A stretch of 63,573 nt of DNA from Candidatus Woesearchaeota archaeon (lineage in GTDB: Archaea; Nanobdellota; Nanobdellia; Woesearchaeales; GW2011-AR4): assembly GCA_016184145.1 (NCBI GenBank), contig JACPDF010000024.1, positions 1 through 63,573 on the forward strand. Direction: 5' to 3'. A program made the position numbers and the translations under genes. Each line of letters opens with the position of its first letter. The stretch's first letter is position 1. The notes beneath the pieces are model-generated. The model ran no database searches. It was not told the DNA's origin and saw nothing but the letters and a program-made list of their open reading frames with translations. This document shows positions 27,066-37,005 of the stretch, in pieces.

Positions 27066-27668
27066 ATGCATACATTGCCAAAATTGCCATATGCTTATGA
27101 CGCTTTAGAGCCGCATATTGATGCAAGGACGATGGAGATACACCATACAAAGCATCATCAGGCTTACATTGACAAGTTGAATGGGGCTATAAAAGGGACA
27201 GAATTTGAAAAAATGGATGTCAATAAATTGCTAAAGCAACTCAACAAAGTTCCGGAGAATATAAGGACGATAGTAAGAAACCATGGTGGCGGACATTCCA
27301 ATCATTCTTTTTTCTGGCAGATAATGGGTCCTAATTGCGGCGGCCAGCCGGAAGGAAAAATTGGAGATGCGATTAACGAGGCTTTTGGAAGCTTTGATAA
27401 GTTTAAAGAGATATTTGCAAATGCTGCTGTCAGCAGATTTGGAAGCGGATGGGCATGGCTGATGGTTGAAGATGGAAGGTTAGGAATTACTTCAACGCCA
27501 AACCAAGATACTCCAGTAATGGAGGGCAAGCATGTTGTTTTAGGCTTGGATGTGTGGGAGCATAGTTATTATTTAAAATTTCAAAACAGAAGGGCTGATT
27601 ACATTAATGCTTGGTGGAATGTAGTAAACTGGAATAAAGTCAATGAATTTTTTGAGAAGGCAAAATAA
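27066..27668 (+). CDS. sod: Fe/Mn superoxide dismutase
   Basis: [32 protein letters not shown]. Confidence 0.97.
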   Translation: MHTLPKLPYAYDALEPHIDARTMEIHHTKHHQAYIDKLNGAIKGTEFEKMDVNKLLKQLNKVPENIRTIVRNHGGGHSNHSFFWQIMGPNCGGQPEGKIGDAINEAFGSFDKFKEIFANAAVSRFGSGWAWLMVEDGRLGITSTPNQDTPVMEGKHVVLGLDVWEHSYYLKFQNRRADYINAWWNVVNWNKVNEFFEKAK

Positions 27669-27754
27669 ATAAGCCAGCAATAAAAATAACAATAATTATA
27701 AATAATAACAGAATAATAAAAATAATTAATAATCGAATTGATTGGTGAAAAACA

Positions 27755-28336
27755 ATGGAACAAAAATCTTTATTAATAACAAAAGACACAATCATAGGGG
27801 ATATTGTGGAAAATTACCCTGAGACTATAGAGCCATTAATGGAGATGGGAGTGCATTGCGTGGGCTGCCATGTAAGCCCTTATGAGTCTCTAGAAGCAGG
27901 GTTTAAGGGGCATGGGATGAGCGATGAGGAAATAGACGAGGCCTTAAAGAAATTGAATCAGGCCATAAAAAATAATTCCAATAATAAAACGCAAAAAGAA
28001 GAGTTTGATTTTTCCAAGGCTAAATTAAATGTTACCGATAAAGCAGCCCGTAAAATCAAAGAATTGATAAAGCAGGAAAAAAAGAAAGGGCTGAGGATTT
28101 CTGTTGTTCCGGGAGGATGCTCCGGCTTTAAGTATGGAATGGAGCTCAGCGATGATGAATTAGAAGAGGATGTGGTCATAGAAGAGAAAGGGATAAAGAT
28201 ATTCCTGGATAAGGCCAGCATGGCAAAGCTTGACGGCTCAAATGTCGATTTTGTAGACAGCCTGCAAGGCGCCGGCTTCAAGATAGAGAATCCGAATGCA
28301 ACAAAAAGCTGCGGGTGTGGGAATAGCTTCAGGTAA
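27755..28336 (+). CDS. DUF1858-like domain fused to HesB/IscA Fe-S assembly domain
   Basis: N-terminal GVHCVGC; C-terminal GGCSG and SCGCGNSF. Confidence 0.88.
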   Translation: MEQKSLLITKDTIIGDIVENYPETIEPLMEMGVHCVGCHVSPYESLEAGFKGHGMSDEEIDEALKKLNQAIKNNSNNKTQKEEFDFSKAKLNVTDKAARKIKELIKQEKKKGLRISVVPGGCSGFKYGMELSDDELEEDVVIEEKGIKIFLDKASMAKLDGSNVDFVDSLQGAGFKIENPNATKSCGCGNSFR

Positions 28337-28768
28337 TCAAACATCAACAACAAACAATGCCTTGTAGCCTTCTTTTGTTTTTTCTAATTTAAACATATGC
28401 AATGTAATTGCCTTGATATCATTCCTTAATTCATGCTTTTTCCTATTAATAGGCTCCCCAACCAATTCGGCATTTAGGGAATAATTATTGCCTTTTTTGC
28501 TTATTTTAACTGACGCTTTTTTGAATATCATTGAATAAGTATCTTTTAAGAACAAGATTTCAGATAAAAAATCAAACAACAAGTCGTCAGCGCTCTTTGC
28601 GCTTAATTTAACTGATTTTTTTTCCTTTTCTTTTATTTTATTTATATCTGCAGATTCTTCAAAGACTGCAAATGCGCAGTTTTCAAACAATTCATTAAGG
28701 CCTTTTCCATATGCTTCTATGGCTATGTCTGCAATGGCTACATCCTCCAGTATTTTGTATTTTTTCAT
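28337..28768 (-). CDS. Archease
   Basis: ADIAIEAYG.L.ELFEN, DIKAITLH, C-terminal DV; next to rtcB. Confidence 0.93.
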   Translation of the reverse strand: MKKYKILEDVAIADIAIEAYGKGLNELFENCAFAVFEESADINKIKEKEKKSVKLSAKSADDLLFDFLSEILFLKDTYSMIFKKASVKISKKGNNYSLNAELVGEPINRKKHELRNDIKAITLHMFKLEKTKEGYKALFVVDV

Positions 28769-28921
28769 TTTAGCCTTTTACAATAAGGATATAACAATAA
28801 TGAAATAATTTGGTTTCAATATTTAACAACAATAATATTATTTCCAATTATAATAAAACAATAATTTAATTTTCAATAATAAAAACAATGCAAATAATTA
28901 ATAATTAAAATTTTTATAATA

Positions 28922-30394
28922 TCATCCCTTGACGTTGGCTATCGGGAGAAGCTTTACGACCCTCTTGGATATTCCTGCCTTATGGACTGTATCAATGACT
29001 TCATCAACATTCTTGTATGCCAAGCCAGCTTCCTCTGCAAGGCCTGCCATCGAGACTGACTTGACATAAATGCCTCTTTTTTCCATGTCTTTCTGCAGTT
29101 TATCGCCTCTAACTTCCCTTTTTGCCCTTGCCCTTGACATTGTCCTTCCTGAGCCATGGGCAGTTGATCCCCACGTTTGCTTCATTGCTTCCTCTGTTCC
29201 GACCAATAAATAGGAACCTGTTTCCATACTGCCTCCAATGATAACAGGCTGGCCTGTTTTTTTGAATATAGGGTTTAATTCAGGATGCCCCGGCGGAAAT
29301 GCCCTTGTTGAGCCTTTTCTGTGGACAACTAATTTTTTCTTTTTCCCGTCAATTTCATGCTCCTCTAATTTTGCTATATTGTGAGCAACATCATAAACCA
29401 TATGCATTTCCATCTTTTCTGCATCCTTGTTAAAGGTTTTTTCAAAGCCCTCCCTTATTCTGTGTAAAATAACCTGCCTGTTGGAAAAGGCCATGTTTGC
29501 AGCGCATGCCATTGCCTTGTAATAATCCTGGCCTTCTTTGCTGTTAAAAGGGGCGCAAGTTAATTCGCGATCCCTTATCTCAATGCCATGCTCTTTCATC
29601 ACCGGTTCGAATTTCCTCAAATAATCCGTTCCTATCTGATGGCCAAATCCTCTGCTTCCGCAATGAACCATAACCACTATTTGATTAGAGGTATGTATTC
29701 CGAATGCTTTTGCGGTTTCTTTGTCAAAAATATTCTCGGCTTTGACAAGCTGTGTCTCAAGGTAATGATTTCCAGAGCCTAAAGTGCCTAATTGATTCAT
29801 GCCTCGCTGCATTGCTTTGTCGGAAACTTTAGTGTGGTCTGCCCAGTCTATTTTTCCATAGCCTTCTGTCCTTTCAATGTCTTCTTTCCAGCCATAGCCG
29901 TTTTCAACGCACCATTTGCTGCCATTCTCTATAATTTCTATGAACTGCGACTTGTTTGCATCTACAAATCCCTTGCAGCCAACGCCTGCAGGAACTAATT
30001 TGAAAAGGGTGTCTGTCAGCTCCCTTAACTTTGGCTTCACCTGATCAAAAGTCAGATTAGTGGTAACTAATCTCATGCCGCAATTAATGTCAAAGCCAAT
30101 TCCTCCGGGGCTTATAATCCCTTTTTCTTCAGGGTCAAAGGCAGCAACTCCTCCAATTGGAAATCCGTAGCCCCAGTGGCCATCCGGCATGCAAAAAGAA
30201 TATTTCTGAATTCCTGGAAGGCAAGCTACATTAGTCACCTGGTCAAAGACTCCATTGTCCATCTGCTCGATAAGACCTTTGCTGGCATAAATCCTGGCTG
30301 GAACCAGCATTCCTTTCTTATGTGATGTAGGTATTTCCCAAATAAAATCGCTTATCTTGTTTATTTCTTTTGGCCTTTCCGGTTCCGGTCTCAT
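28922..30394 (-). CDS. rtcB: RtcB RNA-splicing ligase
   Basis: MPDGHWGYGFPIGGV, GFDINCG, GSGNHY, HCGSRG, HRKG, HGSGR. Confidence 0.97.
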   Translation of the reverse strand: MRPEPERPKEINKISDFIWEIPTSHKKGMLVPARIYASKGLIEQMDNGVFDQVTNVACLPGIQKYSFCMPDGHWGYGFPIGGVAAFDPEEKGIISPGGIGFDINCGMRLVTTNLTFDQVKPKLRELTDTLFKLVPAGVGCKGFVDANKSQFIEIIENGSKWCVENGYGWKEDIERTEGYGKIDWADHTKVSDKAMQRGMNQLGTLGSGNHYLETQLVKAENIFDKETAKAFGIHTSNQIVVMVHCGSRGFGHQIGTDYLRKFEPVMKEHGIEIRDRELTCAPFNSKEGQDYYKAMACAANMAFSNRQVILHRIREGFEKTFNKDAEKMEMHMVYDVAHNIAKLEEHEIDGKKKKLVVHRKGSTRAFPPGHPELNPIFKKTGQPVIIGGSMETGSYLLVGTEEAMKQTWGSTAHGSGRTMSRARAKREVRGDKLQKDMEKRGIYVKSVSMAGLAEEAGLAYKNVDEVIDTVHKAGISKRVVKLLPIANVKG

Positions 30395-30646
30395 TTTACC
30401 TCCAATATAGGTATGTATAGTTTAGCATAGAAGTCTCAGCTTCTACGCATACTCTCTACACAAAACCAAATATTTGGTGCGAGCATGCGCAGCACTATAA
30501 TTGCAGGAATGGTTTTGCTTATTTAAAGATATTGATTTGTCGCTATAAAAACATAAATCTTATGCTGCAACATATCCCAAAAAACCTATATATTTTATAA
30601 CCATAACATTTAAATAGAAGAAGGCTTTTGGAGAAAGTGTTAAAAA

Positions 30647-30694
30647 ACACAATATGTTGTGGTTCTTAACTGCAGTATATACAATATGTTGTGT
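30647..30694 (+). promoter_or_regulatory. Tandem NrdR-box-like operators
   Basis: ACACAATATGTTGTGG (30647-30662) and ATACAATATGTTGTGT (30679-30694), 32 bp apart, between the TATA box and the nrdJ start. Confidence 0.8.
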
Positions 30695-30733
30695 CTATGT
30701 CTAGTGGTAAAAAGAGGGGAGAGGGATGCAAAA

Positions 30734-33700
30734 ATGACGTCAAAGATTTCTGAAATAAAAAAACGCGATGGCAGTGTAGCGGCTTTTGACAGCAGCAAGA
30801 TAGCCAATGCAATATTCAAGGCTGCAAGATCTGTTGGCGGCCAGGACAGGAATGAAGCTGATAAGCTTGCAGATAAAGTTGTCAAGGAGCTTGAAAAAGA
30901 AACAGAGGGCATCCCGACAGTTGAGCAATTACAAGACTTAGTGGAAAAGGTTTTGATAGAAGCAGGGCATGCAAAGACAGCCAAAGCCTATATTGTGTAC
31001 AGGCAGAAAAGGGCTGAGGCAAGGGAAGAGAAGATGAGAGTCCTGGAAAAGGACTATTTAGATGATGTTGACAAAAGGTTTGATGTCAATGCTTTGAGGG
31101 TTTTAAAGGCGAGATACCTAAAAAAAGATGATAAAGGAAAGCTTATAGAAACGCCAAAGCAGCTTTTTACAAGAATATCCACTCACTTGGGCATACCAGA
31201 GATTTTTTATGATGAAAAAGTGTTTGACATAAACGAGAAGCAGAATGTTTTTGAGATTGAGGAGTTTAACAAGGAAGAGCAGGACAACAAAGTTTCAATA
31301 GGAAAATATAAGCTAAACCAATACCACATGGAAGGCGTAAGAAGGCTTTATGAACGCTACAATAAGCAGAAAAAGATGAAGGTTTCATGGAGCCAGTTTT
31401 TAGAGCTCCTGGAGCAAGGCTATTTTAACAACTACGAGAGAAACATAGATGAATTCTACAGCCTGATGGTTGAAAAAAGGTTTATGCCTAATACACCGGC
31501 AATAGCAAATTTCGGCAATTCATTGGGAATGGGAAGCGCGTGCTTTCATCCCGACCAGCTTATATTAACAGAAGACGGCCCAAGAAAGATAAGCGAGGTT
31601 AATGCAGGTGACAAGGTTTTGACGCATAGGGGAAGATTCAGGAAGGTCAAGCAAGTGTTTGTCAGGGATTCTAATTCGCTTCTTTCCTTTGAATGCAAGA
31701 AATTGCCTAAAACCACAATGTTGGCAACAGAGGAGCATCCAATATTAACGCACAAAGATGGCGAAGCTGGATGGTATCCTGCCTATATGATAAAAGAAGG
31801 CGATAAAGTAGCGCTTTCGTACCCTGCTGAAACAAAAGATGTGGAAAAAATTTTGGTAAGTGAGTTTGTGGATGGAATAACAGTAAAGGATGACAAATGC
31901 TGTTATGAGTATAGCGGAGGCAAATTCAATGCATTTGTGCACACTACAAAGTCTGTAAACAATACAATCTTAGTTGATTATGACTTAATGAAGCTGTTTG
32001 GCTTTTATTTGGCAGAGGGCACTGTTTCTGAAGAAGATTGCGTCAGATTTACATTATCTGCGGATGAAGCAGATTACTGCAATGAAATCATTTCCATAAT
32101 GGAAAGGAAATTTGGAGTATCAGCCAGAATTGAAAGCACTAACGATGCAGAAAGAAAGTGGCTGTCTCTGCGCTTTCATTCAACAATATTGGCAAAGTTC
32201 TTCATTAGCTTATTTGGGACTGGCTATAATAAGAAAAAAATACCCAGCTGGATTATGTTGCTTCCAGCTGAGAAGCAAAAAGGCCTGATGTCTGGTATGA
32301 TAAGAGGGGACGGAACTGTATTTAAGAATTGGAACAAAATGAATGCAAAGCTTGTTATGTCAAATACCAGTTTAGTGTATGCATTTTGGCAGATGTGCAT
32401 GCGATGCGGCGTTTTTGCTGCACTAGGCAAAGAGAGCATGCCAAAGCTTGCAAAGGTACAGCCCGTCAGATGTACCTTAGGAGATGCAAAAGGTCAATTA
32501 TTAATGAATGAATTATTTGGAGAAACTATACAAGAAACTGTTAGCGAAGACAAAACTTTTGTTGTAAATGGGATTGTTTTTACAGATGTAGAAAAGATTG
32601 AAAAAATTGATTATAAGGGTGCTGTATATAATTTAGAGGTGGAAGAAGACCATTCTTATGTAGCAAATATGGTTTCTGTGCATAATTGCTTTGTTTTAGG
32701 TGTAGAGGACAGCATGGAAAGCATCATGGACACTTTAAAGTACACTGCAATCATACACAAAAGCGGAGGAGGGACTGGATTTAATTTCTCGAAGATAAGG
32801 CCGGAAGGGGATTTTGTAAGCTCAACTTCAGGAGCAGCATCCGGCCCGTTGTCTTTCATGAGGATGTTTGATACAATGACAGAGGTAGTCAAGCAAGGAG
32901 GGATAAGAAGAGGAGCAAATATGGGGATATTAAACAGCAACCACCCTGACATAGAGAAGTTCATAACAGCCAAAGAAGGAAACAAGGCTTTGACTAATTT
33001 CAACATCTCTGTTTTGCTAATGCCTGATTTTTGGGAATGCTATGAGAAAAACAAGCCTTATCCATTGGTAAACCCAAGAAATGGAGAAGTGGTAAAGACT
33101 GTTGATCCCAAAGCTTTGTTTGATAAGATTGTTTATCAGGCATGGGAATCAGCAGAGCCAGGAGTCATTTTCTTTGATATTGTAAACGATTACAACCCGT
33201 TCTTTGAGCATCTGGGGCCTATAGTCACAACTAACCCCTGCGGAGAAGTGCTTCTTTATCCTAACGAACCTTGCAACCTAGGAAGCATAAATGTATGGGC
33301 TTTTGCAAAAGAGGATGGGCAGGGAAACGTGTATTATGACTGGAACGGCCTGAAAGAAGTCACAAAGAAATGCACCAAGCTGCTGGATAATGTCATTGAT
33401 GTAAATAAGTTTCCGCTGAAGCAGATAGAAGAGATGAGCCTTAATACAAGGAAGATTGGCTTAGGAGTTATGGGAGTTGGTGATCTATTGTACGAGTTAA
33501 GGCTGCCATACAATAGCGATGAGGGAAGGAAGTTTATGGAAAAACTGATGCAGTTCATCGCTTACCATTCCCATGCTGAAAGCATGGAGTTGGCAAGGAA
33601 AAGAGGCAATTTGCCTTACTATGACAAAAGCTTCTACAAGGGAGGAAGGCTGCCTTTCAGGGGCTTTGAATTAAAAGATGAGTGGGAGCATGACTGGAAA

Positions 33701-34438
33701 AAGTTAAGTGACGATGTTAAAAAATATGGAACAAGGAACGGCTACACAACGGTTATTGCGCCTACAGGCAGCATATCAATGATAGCTGGATGCTCATCAG
33801 GAATGGAGCCGGTGTATAGCTTGGCGTTTGAGAAGAATGTCAAGGTTGGAAGCTTCTACTATGTTGACCCTGCTTTTGAAAGGGCTTTAAGGAGAGAAGG
33901 CTTATACTCTGAGGAGCTTATGCAGGAAATATGCGAGAATGGGGGAAGTGTACAAGGATTAGAAGATTTTCCTGCAAAACTGCAGAAGGCTTTTGTTACT
34001 GCAATGGACATAACTCCAGAAGACCATATAAGGGCTCTTGCAGCATTCCAGAAATGGGTTGACAGCTCAATTTCAAAGACAAATAATTTCCCGGCAGATG
34101 CGACAGTAGAGCACATGAGAGACAGCTATATTTTAGCTTACAAGCTTGGATGCAAGGATGTCACAGTATTCAGGGACTCAAGCATCAAGAACCAAGTCCT
34201 GGTTGCGCCTAAAAAGAAAGAAATTGAGAAGAAAGCTGAAGCTGTTGAGATAAAGCACGAACTGAGAGTTGCTGGAAATGGAAGCGCAATGGCGCAAAAA
34301 GAGCTTGACTCCGGAAGCTTGGTAATGCAGAGCGAGAGCAAGGGAAAGACGAGGACATGCCCCGAGTGCGGCGGACAAGCCCAAATACAGGAAGGCTGCG
34401 TCACATGCAAAGCATGCGGCTGGGCGTTATGCAAGTGA
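30734..34438 (+). CDS. nrdJ: Class II (AdoCbl-dependent) ribonucleotide reductase with ATP cone and intein
   Basis: ATP cone IKKRDG; QGGIRRGANM; TNPCGE; EPCNLGSIN; IAPTGSIS; C-terminal CPEC...CKAC. ATG 30734 preferred over the listed start, which lies inside the operator. Confidence 0.93.
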   Translation: MTSKISEIKKRDGSVAAFDSSKIANAIFKAARSVGGQDRNEADKLADKVVKELEKETEGIPTVEQLQDLVEKVLIEAGHAKTAKAYIVYRQKRAEAREEKMRVLEKDYLDDVDKRFDVNALRVLKARYLKKDDKGKLIETPKQLFTRISTHLGIPEIFYDEKVFDINEKQNVFEIEEFNKEEQDNKVSIGKYKLNQYHMEGVRRLYERYNKQKKMKVSWSQFLELLEQGYFNNYERNIDEFYSLMVEKRFMPNTPAIANFGNSLGMGSACFHPDQLILTEDGPRKISEVNAGDKVLTHRGRFRKVKQVFVRDSNSLLSFECKKLPKTTMLATEEHPILTHKDGEAGWYPAYMIKEGDKVALSYPAETKDVEKILVSEFVDGITVKDDKCCYEYSGGKFNAFVHTTKSVNNTILVDYDLMKLFGFYLAEGTVSEEDCVRFTLSADEADYCNEIISIMERKFGVSARIESTNDAERKWLSLRFHSTILAKFFISLFGTGYNKKKIPSWIMLLPAEKQKGLMSGMIRGDGTVFKNWNKMNAKLVMSNTSLVYAFWQMCMRCGVFAALGKESMPKLAKVQPVRCTLGDAKGQLLMNELFGETIQETVSEDKTFVVNGIVFTDVEKIEKIDYKGAVYNLEVEEDHSYVANMVSVHNCFVLGVEDSMESIMDTLKYTAIIHKSGGGTGFNFSKIRPEGDFVSSTSGAASGPLSFMRMFDTMTEVVKQGGIRRGANMGILNSNHPDIEKFITAKEGNKALTNFNISVLLMPDFWECYEKNKPYPLVNPRNGEVVKTVDPKALFDKIVYQAWESAEPGVIFFDIVNDYNPFFEHLGPIVTTNPCGEVLLYPNEPCNLGSINVWAFAKEDGQGNVYYDWNGLKEVTKKCTKLLDNVIDVNKFPLKQIEEMSLNTRKIGLGVMGVGDLLYELRLPYNSDEGRKFMEKLMQFIAYHSHAESMELARKRGNLPYYDKSFYKGGRLPFRGFELKDEWEHDWKKLSDDVKKYGTRNGYTTVIAPTGSISMIAGCSSGMEPVYSLAFEKNVKVGSFYYVDPAFERALRREGLYSEELMQEICENGGSVQGLEDFPAKLQKAFVTAMDITPEDHIRALAAFQKWVDSSISKTNNFPADATVEHMRDSYILAYKLGCKDVTVFRDSSIKNQVLVAPKKKEIEKKAEAVEIKHELRVAGNGSAMAQKELDSGSLVMQSESKGKTRTCPECGGQAQIQEGCVTCKACGWALCK
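31541..32686 (+). mobile_element. Intein (382 aa) with LAGLIDADG homing endonuclease
   Basis: Starts CFHPD, block B TEEHP, LFGFYLAEG and LMSGMIRGDG, ends VYNLEV...VHN followed by Cys; removal restores GSA-CFV. Confidence 0.93.
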
Positions 34439-34462
34439 CTTTTTCTTTTTTTATTCATTTTT
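34439..34462 (+). terminator. Oligo-T terminator after nrdJ
   Basis: Long T tracts immediately after the TGA. Confidence 0.55.
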
Positions 34463-34504
34463 GGCAAATATTAAAAAGATACGCCTATTAGCTTATGCCG
34501 TATT

Positions 34505-35119
34505 ATGGTAACGAAGCTAAAAAAAAAGATTGTAGTGGAAGGGGATGAGAATAGGGAGCATCTTGGCTTGATACATGTTGTTACAGGAGATGGCAAAGGC
34601 AAGACAACAAGTTCTTTAGGCCTTGCAGTAAGGGCCCTGGGCAGCAATTTAAGGGTTTATATGGTGCAATTTCTTAAGTCAGGAACAACAGGAGAGATTT
34701 ATACTATAAAGAATCATCTCCCGGGCATGAATATTATACAGTTCGGAGTTGATGCAGTCAGGGAAAGGCAGCAAAAACTGGATATTTTCAGGGACAAAGG
34801 AAGCAAGTTTGTGTTTAATCCTGATGAGGAGGAGAAAGAAGCGGCAATGATGGGCTTCGAGCATGCAAAAAAGATAATAAAATCAGGAGAATACGACCTT
34901 GTGATACTGGATGAGATAAATGTTGTTTTAGACAAGGGGCTGATTCCGATAAAAGAAGCTCTTGAGCTGATGGAAAACCATGGGAATGTGGAACTGTATT
35001 TTACCGGAAGGGATGCCCCCCAGGAGATTATTGACAAAGCAGATTACGCCTCTTTAGTCAAATCAGTAAAGCACCCCTGGCAGAAAGGGATAAAAGCCAG
35101 AAAAGGAATCGAGTTTTAA
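34505..35119 (+). CDS. cobO: Cob(I)alamin adenosyltransferase (CobO/BtuR/CobA type)
   Basis: GLIHVVTGDGKGKTTSSLG, VQFLK, YDLVILDEI, TGR, KHP..KGI.ARKGIEF. Confidence 0.93.
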   Translation: MVTKLKKKIVVEGDENREHLGLIHVVTGDGKGKTTSSLGLAVRALGSNLRVYMVQFLKSGTTGEIYTIKNHLPGMNIIQFGVDAVRERQQKLDIFRDKGSKFVFNPDEEEKEAAMMGFEHAKKIIKSGEYDLVILDEINVVLDKGLIPIKEALELMENHGNVELYFTGRDAPQEIIDKADYASLVKSVKHPWQKGIKARKGIEF

Positions 35120-35127
35120 GGCAAAAT

Positions 35128-37005
35128 ATGGCAAAAATAAAGCTGAGCAATAATGCATTGCAGATACTGGAAAAGAGGTACTTGAAGAAGGACAAGGAAG
35201 GCAAAGTAATAGAAAAGCCTGAAGACTTGTTTCTCAGGGTAGCTAACAATATTGCGCTGGCTGACGCAAAATATTTGCTTAAGGAGGAAATAGAAAATCT
35301 GCAGCAAAAAGAAAACAAGGAATACCATGAACTGGCAAAGGAGAAAACATTCCAGAATTTAACAAACAAAAACAGCAAAATAAAGAATAAGATAAAAAAA
35401 ACCGAGAAAGAATTTTATGATATGATGGCAAGGCTTGATTTTTTGCCTAACTCGCCAACTTTGTTTAATGCCGGAAGGAAACTGCAGCAGCTCGCTGCAT
35501 GCTTTGTGCTTCCTGTCGAGGATGACTTAGATGCAATATTCAAGGCTTTGCATTACGCAGCCAAAATTTCCAAATCCGGCTCGGGCACCGGGTTTAATTT
35601 CTCCCATTTGAGGCCAAAAAACGATGTCATAGCATCTGTCACAGGCTTTTCTTCCGGCCCGTTGTCTTTCATGAAGATATTTGACGCGGTAACAGAGCAA
35701 ATCAAGCTTGGCGGCTTAAGAAGAGGAGCGCACATGGGCATTTTGAGGGTTGACCATCCGGACATAGAAGAGTTTGTAACGATAAAGGCAAAGGAAAAAG
35801 TCCTTGAGAATTTCAACATCTCTGTTTCGATAACGGACAGATTCATGCATGCTGTTGAGAAAAATAAAAGCTATCCTTTGATAAACCCGAGGACAGGGGA
35901 AGAAGTAAGGGAAGAGAGCGCGAACAAGATTTTTGAGATGATATGCCAAACATCCTGGAGGACAGGGGATCCAGGCTTATTATTCATTGACAGGATAAAT
36001 AATAATAACCCCACGCCTAAGCTTGGCGCGCTTGAGAGCACTGACAGCTGCGGAGAGCAGCCTCTGCTGCCCTATGAGTCAGCGAATCTGGGGTCAATAA
36101 ACCTTTCAAACATGGTTAATAATGGAAAAGTTGACTTTAACAAACTGGGAAAGATTGTGCATACGGCAATACACTTCCTTGATAATGTAATTGACATGTG
36201 CAATTATCCAACACCGGAAACAAAGGAGATTGTGGGCAAAAACAGGAAAATCGGGCTGGGGGTTATGGGCTTTGCGGAAATGCTTGTAAAGCTGAAGATT
36301 CCTTATAACTCTGAGAAAGCGGTCAATGTTGCCGGAAATGTTATGAGTTTTATAAGGAAAGAGGCTGACAAAGCTTCTGTTGAGCTTGCCAAGGAAAGGG
36401 GAGTTTTCCCAAGCTGGGAAGACAGCATTTACAGCAAGGAAAGCAAACAGTTTAAGGGAAAGCACCTTAAATTGAGGAATGCGACAAGATTGACTTTAGC
36501 TCCTACTGGAAGCATAAGCATCATTGCAAATACTTCTTTCGGGATTGAGCCTTTATTTGCATTAAGCTTTGTGAGAATGCTTAATGACGGCTCTGAGCAG
36601 TTGAATGTGGACAAGAATTTTGAGGATGCGATGAAAAAGAGAAAGCTGTACAGGGACGAGCTTATGAGGTTCATAGCAAAAAAAGGAAGCATACAGCAGA
36701 TTGCCTCGATACCAAAAGACATAAGGGATGTTTTTGCTGTTTCTTATGACATAACACCAGAGTACCATGTAAAGATACAGGCTGCTTTCCAGAAGCATGT
36801 TGATAATGCTGTTTCAAAAACGGTAACTTTGCCTAATGAGGCCAGCATAGAGGATGTAAAAATCACTTACATGCTTGCTTACAGGCTTGGATGCAAAGGA
36901 ATTTCCATATACAGGTTTGGAAGCAGAGACGACCAGGTATTGTTCTTAAGGGGCATAAAAGACAATCAAGTGAGTTTGACAAACTGGCTGAAGCATCTGA
37001 GGTAA
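35128..37005 (+). CDS. Divergent NrdJ paralogue lacking the resolving Cys and C-terminal redox Cys
   Basis: RNR fold motifs FLPNSPTLFNAG, AACFV, RRGA, APTGSIS; but TDSCGE and ESANLGSIN; no ATP cone; ends QVSLTNWL. Confidence 0.88.
   Translation: MAKIKLSNNALQILEKRYLKKDKEGKVIEKPEDLFLRVANNIALADAKYLLKEEIENLQQKENKEYHELAKEKTFQNLTNKNSKIKNKIKKTEKEFYDMMARLDFLPNSPTLFNAGRKLQQLAACFVLPVEDDLDAIFKALHYAAKISKSGSGTGFNFSHLRPKNDVIASVTGFSSGPLSFMKIFDAVTEQIKLGGLRRGAHMGILRVDHPDIEEFVTIKAKEKVLENFNISVSITDRFMHAVEKNKSYPLINPRTGEEVREESANKIFEMICQTSWRTGDPGLLFIDRINNNNPTPKLGALESTDSCGEQPLLPYESANLGSINLSNMVNNGKVDFNKLGKIVHTAIHFLDNVIDMCNYPTPETKEIVGKNRKIGLGVMGFAEMLVKLKIPYNSEKAVNVAGNVMSFIRKEADKASVELAKERGVFPSWEDSIYSKESKQFKGKHLKLRNATRLTLAPTGSISIIANTSFGIEPLFALSFVRMLNDGSEQLNVDKNFEDAMKKRKLYRDELMRFIAKKGSIQQIASIPKDIRDVFAVSYDITPEYHVKIQAAFQKHVDNAVSKTVTLPNEASIEDVKITYMLAYRLGCKGISIYRFGSRDDQVLFLRGIKDNQVSLTNWLKHLR

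Noticed and set aside
28769-28921. Very AT-rich spacer between rtcB and archease
   Set aside because: Low complexity with no credible ORF, repeat unit or stable structure.
30659-30733. N-terminal extension of NrdJ in the ORF track
   Set aside because: It covers the NrdR boxes; the ATP cone starts after ATG 30734.
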